Shown here piece after piece: positions 12,481-22,320 of a stretch of DNA of 64,000 nucleotides. Position numbers and translations under genes: made by a program. Location: NCBI GenBank assembly GCA_964036045.1, contig OZ038378.1, positions 10,416,001 to 10,480,000 of the forward strand, in the 5' to 3' direction. The notes under the pieces were generated by a model that saw nothing but the letters and a program-made list of their open reading frames with translations, did not search any database and was not told where the DNA came from. The first letter of the stretch is position 1. Every line of letters starts with the position of its first letter. The stretch is from Eutreptiella sp. 'Long Island Sound 2002'. Lineage: Eukaryota; Protista; Euglenida.

Positions 12481-13462
12481 ACCATGCACGCTGATGGGCA
12501 CTCCGTGGGGTCGGTCTCACCCAGGATCTGCCATGCGTCCACCACCGCCAGCCAGTCGATGAGGCCTTGGGAAGCCACAAGGGTTTGCGTGAACTCGGAG
12601 CCCTTCCCCGCGAAGCGGTCCGGTCGTTGTAGCATTTTCTTTTTTCTTTTTTTGTATTCCGACACTGGTAAGTTCTGCCAAAAGGCAATGGTGTGCGTAG
12701 GCACCATGGCCTAGGAGTATGTACAGTCAGAAAGGCTTTGCCACTGGAGTGGATACGGATGAGGTATGTCCCTGGGACTCAGGGAATCCACCGGGGGCGC
12801 CTGCCCATTTAATACTGCACATTATATGCAGGAGGTGAGACTTGCCACGACCCTGGGGTCCACACCTGAACTGAGAGAGTTTTTCGGGAAGACACAAACA
12901 AAAGTAAAGCAAAACGTCGTTGTAGCATTTTCGATGTGTCCAACGGACAGACCGCCAGATCCCGTCACTCCGGCCGCGGGCAATTCCACACCCAGTGCCG
13001 CTCGATGAGCCCGTGTCCCTTACAGGTCTTGCACGGTCCCACTGGGGCGGAGTCTAATCGGACCCATTATCCTTTGTGCATCTCGAAGAATTGGACTCCA
13101 TCTACTACCTTAAACCGACGCCGCATGGCTGTTTTAAGTCCCCCCCCCCCGGGGGCTCAGGCCTGCCGTGAAATCCGGGTCCGCTGATGCCTGCTTAGAG
13201 GAACTTGACTCAATTTCATACCTCTCTTTATAACAGTGGACGGACGACCCAACCAGCATCCAGAGGGAGACCACCGAACTATTAAAGGACAGTACCGCAG
13301 GGGGCGTTTCCGGGCTGCCTTCCATGGGGGTATCCCCTGAAGCTCCTCTAGCCCCCACCACCTCAGTCCATACTGTGGTGTCTTTTTTCTACTCCTCCGA
13401 CAGGTTGAACAACAGCGGCTTCTGTGCTGCATCATCCCATTGGGGGGTCATTCGCATGGAAT

Positions 13463-13954
13463 CTAAGGGCTGGGATTCCTTAGACACCGCACACTCCAGG
13501 TAATGGAGCACTCGTGTACCCACTTGGGGGCGGTTCCACACCAGGGCCAGGTCATGACCTTGTCGGAGAGGGACTTGATAAGGGCGGCCTGTCCGTCCAA
13601 GAGAGTCGGCAGAGCGGGGTCAGTAGCCTTACCTGTATCCTCTGAAGGCACACAGGTCTTTTCAAAAGCCCCTGAGGTAGCGTTGAGTTGTACCTTGTCA
13701 ATCATGGTGTACCCAACCAGGTTCTCGACGAGTGCTTTTTCTGTCCCCCTAAATCCCGAGGCTTTGGCAAAAGTCGGGTGCCACTGTGATCTCGAGTCCC
13801 CCAGATGGCGAAGGGACTTGATTAACCTGATTTTTGCCTTAGCCCAGGACGCGGCTAGAGTTCTCTCTCGCACTGAGCCCTTCACTCCGGCCTCAAGGTA
13901 ATCATGGAATTCCATACATTCTGCCATCTTCCCCAGGCAAAGTTTCAAAAACAA
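13463..13954 (-). pseudogene. Putative gag-like ORF upstream of the YR remnant
   Basis: 163-aa helical-looking ORF on the same strand upstream of the YR; assignment is positional only. Confidence 0.35.
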
Positions 13955-14009
13955 TGTGGAACAAGTAAACTAGGCTAGTAAAACCCCAGTTAGCAAAGCT
14001 AACAGTCAC

Positions 14010-14311
14010 ACGGCACCCTCTCTGTAGGAACATTCTCATGGCCCACAACATTGGTTCTGCAAAAATTTGCGGAAATGACTTGTATACCTCTGCTGGGATA
14101 CCGTCTGCACCTGGTGCCGACCCCCGCTTAGGCTTATCTAAGGCATCCACCACCAGCTTCAAAGATAGGGGCTGCATCATGAGGGGCAATGCATTGCGCA
14201 CCTTCAACGGGATTGGTAGGGTATCCGTCCAATCTAAACATTGCTTCGTGGTGACCCCGGATCGGTAATCACCCCCTGCAAGAAAGTTGTAAAAGCGCGC
14301 GCGATATCTGC
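14010..14311 (-). pseudogene. LINE ORF2 fragment, RT domain 0 region (recipient LINE; continues the 17829-17999 segment)
   Basis: LVVDALDKPKRGSAPGADGIPAEVYKSF matches the K(S/A)PGxDGxxxExYK motif at the start of non-LTR RTs. Same frame as 17999-17829. Confidence 0.8.
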
Positions 14312-14324
14312 CGCCTACACTAGG

Positions 14325-17300
14325 GGCGCAATCATCATTCAAACTGCAACAGTTCTTGTGTTCGAGAGGATATGCTATGGACAATCTAGATGAAGCACAA
14401 CGTATTCATCCGTCATAAAACTGCATCCATATCTACAATCAAACTGCAACTATCGTGCTTGTTCACCTGATGACTTATATATCGGCATCTGCTGCCTTCA
14501 TGCTACATACTGTGTGTCTTACCTCCCGCTGCTACCGTGATCAAGCACTCCTTCGGCTCTCAGTTGCTGTGGTAGTCCTATGGTGTGTTCTGCCGTGTGT
14601 CTGTGTGTTCCATTGCTGTTGCTGTCTCATGGTGCTGTGGTCAGTGAGGCGAGTCAGGCGAGCTGAGGGGGAATACGAGGAGGAGATGCGATTCCGGAGC
14701 CGCAAGGTGGCACCGGTGGTGGAGCGCGCTGCTGCAGGTGTGTGGTGGCGGATGCCTTTTTGTTGCACTCTCAGGTATAACTGACACTGATCTGTGACAT
14801 AACTGAGTGTCAAAAGCTATGAGGACGAGACACGCCACCCGTCGCACCGGCGGTACCGGTGGTGGAGCGGGATGCTGAAGGGGGCGGTGGCGGAGGCCTC
14901 ACCAACGGGCCCCTGGACGGACAGACGAACCGGGGTTCGAACCCCCGACCACGACGAGCGCCAGCCATGGCGCATACCACTAGACCATCCATGTCTCTTA
15001 CCCTAAATGACGCGAATTTCGCATATACCGTATACGAAAACTCTCTCAGGGGCGGGGATCGTGCCATTCATCGTGCCAAGTAGGGGCAGCATAGTACTGA
15101 GGTGCAGGGGGCCTATGCGCTAGTCTGATGGAAACAGGTGTTTACGGCGTTTCCGCCTGGGGACTGACACGTCTGTACTCGCAGAGGAGTCAGAATCACT
15201 GCCCATAGAGATAGTTTCGTCATCGGAGTCAAATCTCAGTGGGGCAACACTCGTATCTGAGCCCGTAGGCGTGGAAAAACCCTCAGGAAGGGACCTGTCA
15301 CAAGGGGTATGCAACAGCTGCAGGTCCAGTGCAGTGAGTAGCTGTGTGGCTGGGCTGGTGCCCAAGGGGATCACTCCGGGAGAGTGTGCAGGAGATGGTC
15401 GGGGGTCCCTTGTAGGCAGAACAGGTGTGGCAGGTGTAACCGGTATGTGATCAGGAGCAAAGGTGTCAAAAATTACAGGTGGTGGGGATGGCTCTGTGTC
15501 CTCTGTGTCCGATTCAGACTCAGATTCGGAATCCGAGACCACAATGTGATTGTGGTCCTGTCTGCTGGGCTCAGTGGAGCATCTCACAGCGATACGCTGT
15601 GGTGGCACAGAGCGCCTGATATGGTGTGCCATGGGTACGCTGGACTGCATGAGTAGTGGGCTGGACAATCGGCCCGTCTCAGCAAGTGTGTCCGCCTCCT
15701 CGTTACCTACAATCCCGACATGTGACGGAACTTTGATCCACTGTATCTCTCGATCCGATTTGTCAACCTCTGCGAGGAGCTGTTTCCAAAGTTCTACGTT
15801 GCTGAGCGGGCCATTGGAGCCCACCCAGTTATTTAGTTCCCACTTCTTGGCTTTCCCAGTTGCCCCCAGAAAAACAAGAGAGGAGTCAGTGCAGATGGCG
15901 ATTTTTCCTGACGGGAAAAGCTTGATAGCCTGGATTGCTGCGTAGAGTTCGGCGGTATTGTTAGTCTGTCGCAGACCTGGGGGGAGATGGGCACCTATGG
16001 CATGCAGGCCCGGGGCATAAATGCCATATCCTCCAACATAGCCAATTTTGGCCACCTTTTCAGAAGAACCATCAGTGTAGATAATGTGAAACCCCTGGTC
16101 CTCGAGTTCACATATGAGGGCTTCAAGTTTGGCAGAGTCTCGCATAGCTCTGTCAAGTTTGTTTTGTTGTCTTCGTTGTGCTTTCGAAATAGGGGGGGTG
16201 GGTGGGGCAGGGTTCAGATTGGGGTGAACCAGTTTCCCTTCATTCAAGAGTGAAGAGAGAGACTTTGCCAAAAGCGAAATATCATTGACCGGGATGGGCG
16301 GGTGAGGGAGTTTAGTCCAGGCAGTGAGTAAAGAAATCCACAGGTGCATAAACTGATGCCATGTAGGGACTTTAGTACGAGCAATGCAGCGACATTCCCA
16401 GTTAACCATGATGGCTAGCCAGGCCATGATCCCTGCTGGCACCTCGAAAGTGGTGTCTAAGTACGAGGACATGAGGTGCTGTACACTGGAAACTGTCACA
16501 CCGTCAATGGACAGTGGGAGGAAGCATTTAGAAATGGTATTAAATGCGACAGGTAAAAACCTGCAAGTTGACAATGCGTGATCTATTGTTTCCACCGCAC
16601 CATCAAGAGGGCAGTGCAACACTGTTGGCATCCATTTAGACAGCCGTGCTCCAACCAGCAATTTCTTCCACAGCGCTTTCCGCACAAAGTCTTTCACATT
16701 TAGAGGTATCCTAGAAATGCAGAATTTGACCCACACTTCCGGGGGTTGTCTGTTTTTGATGTGTATGGGGTATGGCATGCGTGCTCCCACCCCTGATTTG
16801 GTCCAGAGGATCCAGAAATCAAGGTTTAGGAGATTCGGGTCACCGTCGTGACTCTGTAGCTTGGGCACATTGTAGATGGATCTCCAGGAAGGGGCGATAA
16901 GCGCTTGTGAGGTGTCATCCTCCAAGAATCCCCCCCAGGTAAGCACTCCATCTCTGATTAATCGGGGGCAAAAATAGGATTGTTGATGCTCATTTCGAAA
17001 AAGGATTGAATGCCAGAGCGGGAGGTCATATGGCATGACCTCAGGTGTAGGTACCATATGTGGCTGTCGGATCAGAGACAACGCCCTGGCACAGCCACCC
17101 AAAAAGGGCATGGTTTGCCAAACGACATTCGAACCCATTTGAAAATAGGGCAGGAAACGCATTGACGGGACCAGCCCAATCTTGTTTGCCCACCTGGTGA
17201 AATGATTGCTAACTACAGATGAAAAGGCTTCAGGATGTTGCAGAAAATGCACGTATGAGGAGGCGTGCTGCCAGAGCAAGAAGGATCTTGGAGTGGGGAG

Positions 17301-17815
17301 GCAGCATCCTCCTTCGACTTTTGGAAGACACAAAATATCCACTGTCAGACTCCAGGAGTTGAGTCTGAGAGCGATGTGGTAGACAGTGCGTAACGAGGAG
17401 ATGACCTGTTCTGTTGGATAGACTACCCTAGCGGGGAATACCAGCAGGGGTAGGATCCATTGCTGGAGAAGTGCAACCCGTTCATCCAGGGAGAGATCCC
17501 ACTTTTGCATGGCGTAGGCTCTGCCAATGGCCTTTTGCAAGGCTGGTTGGTAGGCTTCGTAGGGGGAGATGTCCCCTAGCTTTACCCCTAGGTATTTGTA
17601 CCATTTCTTGATGGGGAGCGGGACCATCGCAACCGTTTGGACCGCTGCTCCGGACCATGCGCCTACTACGAGTATCGCTGATTTTGAAGGATTCACCTTA
17701 ACTCCAGTGACGACTTGGAACTCAGTCATCACTTCCCAACACCGCCGAAGTAGCGATGCCGTGTGCTCAGGGGAGCCCGATATGATGATTAGAAGGTCAT
17801 CAACATACAGAAGGA
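14325..17815 (-). mobile_element. 5'-truncated L1/Tx1-like non-LTR retrotransposon flanked by a 13-bp direct repeat
   Basis: cgcctacactagg at 14312-14324 and 17816-17828 brackets the RT-zf-RNase H ORF. No clear polyA tail, so the 3' boundary is less certain. Confidence 0.75.
14924..14995 (-). pseudogene. tRNA-like sequence (Pol III A/B boxes)
   Basis: Reverse complement GACATGGATGGTCTAGTGGTATGCGCCATGGCTGGCGCTCGTCGTGGTCGGGGGTTCGAACCCCGGTTCGTC, 72 nt. A-box TGGTCTAGTGG and B-box GGTTCGAACCC at tRNA spacing; acceptor and anticodon stems are non-canonical. Confidence 0.55.
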
Positions 17816-17999
17816 CGCCTACACTAGGTGGGGGGGGGGGACAATCAACTGGCCAAGGGACACGACCATACGCCTGGATGGATGTACCAATTGGATTCTG
17901 TGGATGAAGGAACAATATTTCCCAGAGTCTGTCGCGCGTGAGCATTCTTGCCTTGGCATGCAACCCATTGATCTTTGCCTCCAGCAAGATTTCGTTCAT
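15120..17999 (-). CDS. Non-LTR retrotransposon ORF2 (RT domains 5-7, zf-RVT-like, RNase H); open 959 aa and chimeric at the N-terminus
   Basis: LLYVDDLLII, TGVKVNPSKS, YKYLGVKL; HCPLDGAVETIDHALSTC; RNase H motifs IYTDGS, TNNTAELYA, ICTDSSLV, VPSHVGIVGNEEADTLA. Confidence 0.95.
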   Translation of the reverse strand: MNEILLEAKINGLHAKARMLTRDRLWEILFLHPQNPIGTSIQAYGRVPWPVDCPPPPPSVGVLLYVDDLLIIISGSPEHTASLLRRCWEVMTEFQVVTGVKVNPSKSAILVVGAWSGAAVQTVAMVPLPIKKWYKYLGVKLGDISPYEAYQPALQKAIGRAYAMQKWDLSLDERVALLQQWILPLLVFPARVVYPTEQVISSLRTVYHIALRLNSWSLTVDILCLPKVEGGCCLPTPRSFLLWQHASSYVHFLQHPEAFSSVVSNHFTRWANKIGLVPSMRFLPYFQMGSNVVWQTMPFLGGCARALSLIRQPHMVPTPEVMPYDLPLWHSILFRNEHQQSYFCPRLIRDGVLTWGGFLEDDTSQALIAPSWRSIYNVPKLQSHDGDPNLLNLDFWILWTKSGVGARMPYPIHIKNRQPPEVWVKFCISRIPLNVKDFVRKALWKKLLVGARLSKWMPTVLHCPLDGAVETIDHALSTCRFLPVAFNTISKCFLPLSIDGVTVSSVQHLMSSYLDTTFEVPAGIMAWLAIMVNWECRCIARTKVPTWHQFMHLWISLLTAWTKLPHPPIPVNDISLLAKSLSSLLNEGKLVHPNLNPAPPTPPISKAQRRQQNKLDRAMRDSAKLEALICELEDQGFHIIYTDGSSEKVAKIGYVGGYGIYAPGLHAIGAHLPPGLRQTNNTAELYAAIQAIKLFPSGKIAICTDSSLVFLGATGKAKKWELNNWVGSNGPLSNVELWKQLLAEVDKSDREIQWIKVPSHVGIVGNEEADTLAETGRLSSPLLMQSSVPMAHHIRRSVPPQRIAVRCSTEPSRQDHNHIVVSDSESESESDTEDTEPSPPPVIFDTFAPDHIPVTPATPVLPTRDPRPSPAHSPGVIPLGTSPATQLLTALDLQLLHTPCDRSLPEGFSTPTGSDTSVAPLRFDSDDETISMGSDSDSSASTDVSVPRRKRRKHLFPSD

Positions 18000-19457
18000 C
18001 CGGCGACCATGGAGACCCGTGAATGGCCGTCAATGGTCAATTATTATATCTTTAAAGAGGGCGGCAACCATTAGAACATAAGTTGTAGACCCTTTGACGG
18101 TCACATGGGCTTGGTAATGGTAGCCATGCAATAGTGCTTAAAGAGGTCCAGAGTTTAGTAACTCTGTTGTAGGGATACGTTCCGGCTTTGTTTATCATTG
18201 GTTCACAAGTTAGGGATTGCCGCTGGTGACCACGGGGAGAGGGACACACTACAGGGCCGTTGTTGAGATGCTGCCTCCATTTTCTCATGAGACTCACATT
18301 GGGTTACGAGGACAAGGTTGAGTACGTTCACACAAGTGTTGTTGCCAGGTTGCCGTGGTCACAGTGCTTCGCCTGGTTACCTAGTGCGTGCCATAGTGAG
18401 GAACTCAGTGAGGCTCTGTTGAGTGGTGTTGTTCACCTAATGGCACAACCCTCAAACAACTACACATTACAGCAGGTTCAAAACCTTTTTATGCGTAATC
18501 TTGTTGCAGACTAGTCCCCAAAGGACAGGCAATACGTTATTGTTCCTAAGGGGTTGCAACAGCTCGTTGGGTAGCGGTACAATAGGCCAATGCAAAGCCT
18601 TGAGGTTGGTGTGACCGCCACCCCTCTGTTGGCCGAATCAAAAGACCAGCATTGTCTAGGACAAGTGGGATGCTTCTACAATGGACTTCCCATGCCCCTT
18701 CGGTGTGCTTCTCTCTTCCGCCAACAGCGCTAACTTTGTCGTGATTATCAGCCCACCTTACCAGAGTGTAGCTGCTCCTTCACGACAAGGCATTTGTGGC
18801 CTTTCAGGGGGCACATGGGGACATGTGGGGAGGGCCAATAGGAAACAACAGGTCACAGACATAGCAGGCCGCCAATGTGCTAGCATCTTGCACCCGTGAC
18901 TCTACAATCTGTATCCTATGAACTTGCCAAACTCTGCAATGGCTATGATCCTGGCTTGAGGGGCTGAGGGGAGCGTTCGAAAACCTCGTGTGAGACCATG
19001 CCCCCTCGGCAGTGCGCTCCCTGTACAGCATTATAGCAATTAGGTCTTAAGACATTGCAAACACTTGCGAAGCCCATGAATGTTGATCCAGAGGTAATGA
19101 CCACGCTAGATACGCATGTACTGCAACGCCCCCCCAAGGTGTGTGTGCCCAGAGGGACCGCCCCCGTGCAGCTGCCGCACCTGAACCTCCGGATGGCGAC
19201 GGTGAAAGTGATGACCGCCCCCCCTGCATTTGGTGCAATTGTCCGCCCAGACGTGCGCACTGCTACTTTTGTGGGTGACGATGTTCACGAGCATGAGTCC
19301 CCCCCCGGCATGAGGCCGTGTCTGTACACGATGGCGACTCTCAGGCCCCTATGGCTATATCATCGGAGCTGGGTGACTTTGACCGCCGCTTGTTGCCATG
19401 TGCATCAGACCATGATGCTATCTCTACCGCTTTGGTTCAATCATCCGGTGCTCCCGA

Positions 19458-20183
19458 GGGGGAATCCTTGCACCGCGCGCGCACTACGCGCTACTTTTAG
19501 ATTATGCTCCCTCCGAACAGCCCCTAGGCACGGCCCTTGGAAACACCCTCAAAATTAGGCGACCCAAACTAGACTGGAGGCGACCTTGAGGGGGACCGTC
19601 CCGGTTCTTGTGGTATGGTGAAGGACCAGGGGCCTTTGGGTGGGAACTTGAATGTGTGTTGGGCAGCGGAGATGGAGGGCAATCAGATGGCGAGCCTCAA
19701 CGTGGGATGGCAAAGGAGATGGACTCCATCTTGCATTGCCGATTCACCACTCTCAACCCATCTTGGTAGTATTCCAAGTGGAGGAGTCCGTCTTCAGCCG
19801 TCCCAACAATTGTGGCAGAGGTCGCAAGCCATTGGAGCGGGTGCAGAACACCCTATCCCCAATACTGAGATCCATGGAGAAGATGGGCCTAAGAAATGAG
19901 GAGGGAAGTATGATGTCCTCTAGCAGGCACCCTCAAAGTGTACCACCATATCAATCAACCGAGAAAAAGAGTAGATGTGGCGGAAATGGGGGAAAAATGT
20001 GTGCAAAAAAAGCAGAAATGGGTGAAACAAGGTGAACAGCCAAAAATGCCAATGCATCAAAACCTACTAGCAAACAACAATGATGCCCAAAGTACCACAA
20101 AATATGGGTTTCTACTACGGCGACACACCCAAATAGTTGCATTGCGCGCACAGTGCACGCGCACTACGCTTGAGGTGCCCCCC
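19458..20183. mobile_element. ~725-bp MITE-like element, family A, copy 1
   Basis: G5 and C5-6 termini with imperfect GC-rich inverted ends (gcgcgcgcactgcgc motif). Homologous to 30396-31126 (inverted) and 32078-32779. Confidence 0.75.
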
Positions 20184-20510
20184 TAGAGCGGAGATCAAAA
20201 TAAGAAGCATCTCATTCAACGTTTTGCAACCCGTTCCCTTATTTGAGTGTGTCCTATGACCCTTTGTCAGCCACGGTTCTAGATTATGCCTTTGTGGAAA
20301 TGTCGGAAGGGGTTGAAGAGCATACTTCATCACAAGCCGTCCACATAGCGGAGAGAGCAAGGACACAAGCTTGCCTTAAGTAACGGCCGTGCCACCCGGA
20401 ACATGGGGAAAAAATGCCAATTTCGGCAGTTTGTCTCATTTTTGTCCGTTTCCCATTGTGTTTTGTTTTTTTTTGGGGTACTTTGTAGCACAAATGAGCA
20501 CATGCCACGG

Positions 20511-20605
20511 TTTTACACTAACTCCAAACAATCTGCAAACGTGCACGACAGAATCCAGTGCTTACTGATAACCAGACGACAGTCAATGCCACTCGGGCAT
20601 ACTCC
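20511..20605 (-). repeat. Split direct repeat B2
   Basis: ttttacactaactccaaacaatctgcaaacgtgcacgac...gcatactcc, about 6 mismatches to 20852-20946. Confidence 0.9.
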
Positions 20606-20680
20606 AGCAATACAATGAATGCAGAGTCCTGAAGACCCACTCCAAGATGGGTAAAGAAACATAAGGGTGGGCAAGTGGGC

Positions 20681-20851
20681 CCATCACCCATGGATGAAAA
20701 TCAAAAATGCACTAAAACATGTATTGCACTATTGTACATAGGCAACAGCACATCTCAACAGCACATCTCAGACAGTGCAAAGGCAGTGCAAACTATGCAG
20801 ACAAATTACGTTAGTCGCCCAAAACCTCTGTTTTTACAATAAAAAAATCAC
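20681..20851 (-). repeat. Split direct repeat A2
   Basis: ccatcacccatggatgaaaatcaaaaatgcactaaaacatgtattgc...atcac matches 29499-29649, with two short internal duplications. Confidence 0.9.
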
Positions 20852-20946
20852 TTTTATACTAACTCCAAACAATCTACAAACGTGCACGACGAAATCCAGT
20901 GCTTATTGATAACCAGACGACAGTCAATGCCACTCAGGCATACTCC
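20852..20946 (-). repeat. Split direct repeat B1 (directly abuts A2)
   Basis: ttttatactaactccaaacaatctacaaacgtgcacgac...gcatactcc. Confidence 0.9.
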
Positions 20947-21209
20947 TACCTCACAGAAATGGATATTTCTAAAGACAGTCACTGTCGTAGTCACAGCCGC
21001 ACCAGCTGTCCGCCCAAGCATCCAAGCCGGAAAGCACATAGCTAAAAAGCAGGACGAACGTCCCCAGATCACTCATAATAAAGCATCAGCACTGTATGCC
21101 ACCTCCTGTTGCACCCTTCAAGCCCCATCAACAGCTACAAAGGCTAGAGGGACCATCCGGGCAGCCAACTAGAAACCGGCGTCCAGCAACCCTCCCCCCC
21201 CCCCAATCA

Positions 21210-22320
21210 CTAGCTTGCAGGCCAGGGAAAAGGAGCTACCGATCCAAAATACGGAAACAGTCTAGGCAGCTCTTTGCACACCACATACCTGTCCTCTGCC
21301 GCCGTCCTGCATGCCTCTCTGTCAACGAATCGAGGCGTGCGGCTTGGCGGATCCGCTGGATTTTTATCTGACGGGACATAAAAAACAGCTAACTGCACCC
21401 TGCTCCAGTACCGCCACCAAAATAGCTGGCGCAAAATACGGTTGTGGACAGGCAAAGCCGTTCCACAGCGCAATGCCAAAACCTGACTTCTAGCTACCAA
21501 ACTGTCCGAACCTACCGCCACCCTACGCCAACCTTTATATCTTGCTATCTTGAACGCTTGCACCGAAGCCAATAATTCTGCCTGCTGAAGCGAGTCAACC
21601 CAAGCAGGGCACTTATAGCACCTGATTCCACTACCAGGCACGAAAAACCCATAACGGAAGCCGCGTTTGGACCTAGGAGCGGGGTCAGCAAAAATAACAG
21701 GTTTCTGCATTGAACATGGAGGCCCTCGCCACACGAATGGCTGGCCAGCATAACACTGGGGCAAAACAGCAAACACCATTGCCGTAAGCAACAGCCTCAC
21801 CAGGCTCAGCGGAACCTTTTGTTCACCAGACAACTTCCACCTGTACGCCCCCGCCAAAAACGGGGCACTTCCTCCCTGCGGACGCAAAGCCCACTCCAAC
21901 CTCCCCAAAAATCTCTCAAACCCCTTTTTGCGCATAAGACCCAACCTCAGCCTGAGCCAACCTCGCAGTAAAGCAATCACCATTCCTTTCCTATTCTCCA
22001 TGCGTCTCCTCTTAGTGTCAAAATTTTTCCCCACAAAATCGAGCACTCTAGTAGGCTCCAAGCTGGACTTCGGGCTGACCACAAACTGGGCCCTCTGCAG
22101 CCTGCCCCTCAGCCTACGCACTGCCCTTTTCAGATCTCTGCGCGCCCCTGCCGCTAAAATATCATCAAGATAAGTAAACGGGAGCACCTGCAGATCAAAA
22201 ACAGAATTTTTTGCCAGGGCTCCCATCAATCGCTAGCAGATCACGGGGGAATATTTCGAGCCAAAAGGCAGGGAAGACCAAGCATAGCTTTGTCCTGAGA
22301 GTGACACCTGGAAAATATCT
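21210..22320 (-). pseudogene. DIRS-type RT (domains 4-7) and RNase H, 3' part
   Basis: SYAWSSLPFGSKYSPVIC*, FTYLDDIL, FVVSPKSSLEPTRVLDFVGK; RNase H VIFAD, QQAELLA, VGSDS, YVPSDKNPADPPSR. Confidence 0.92.
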
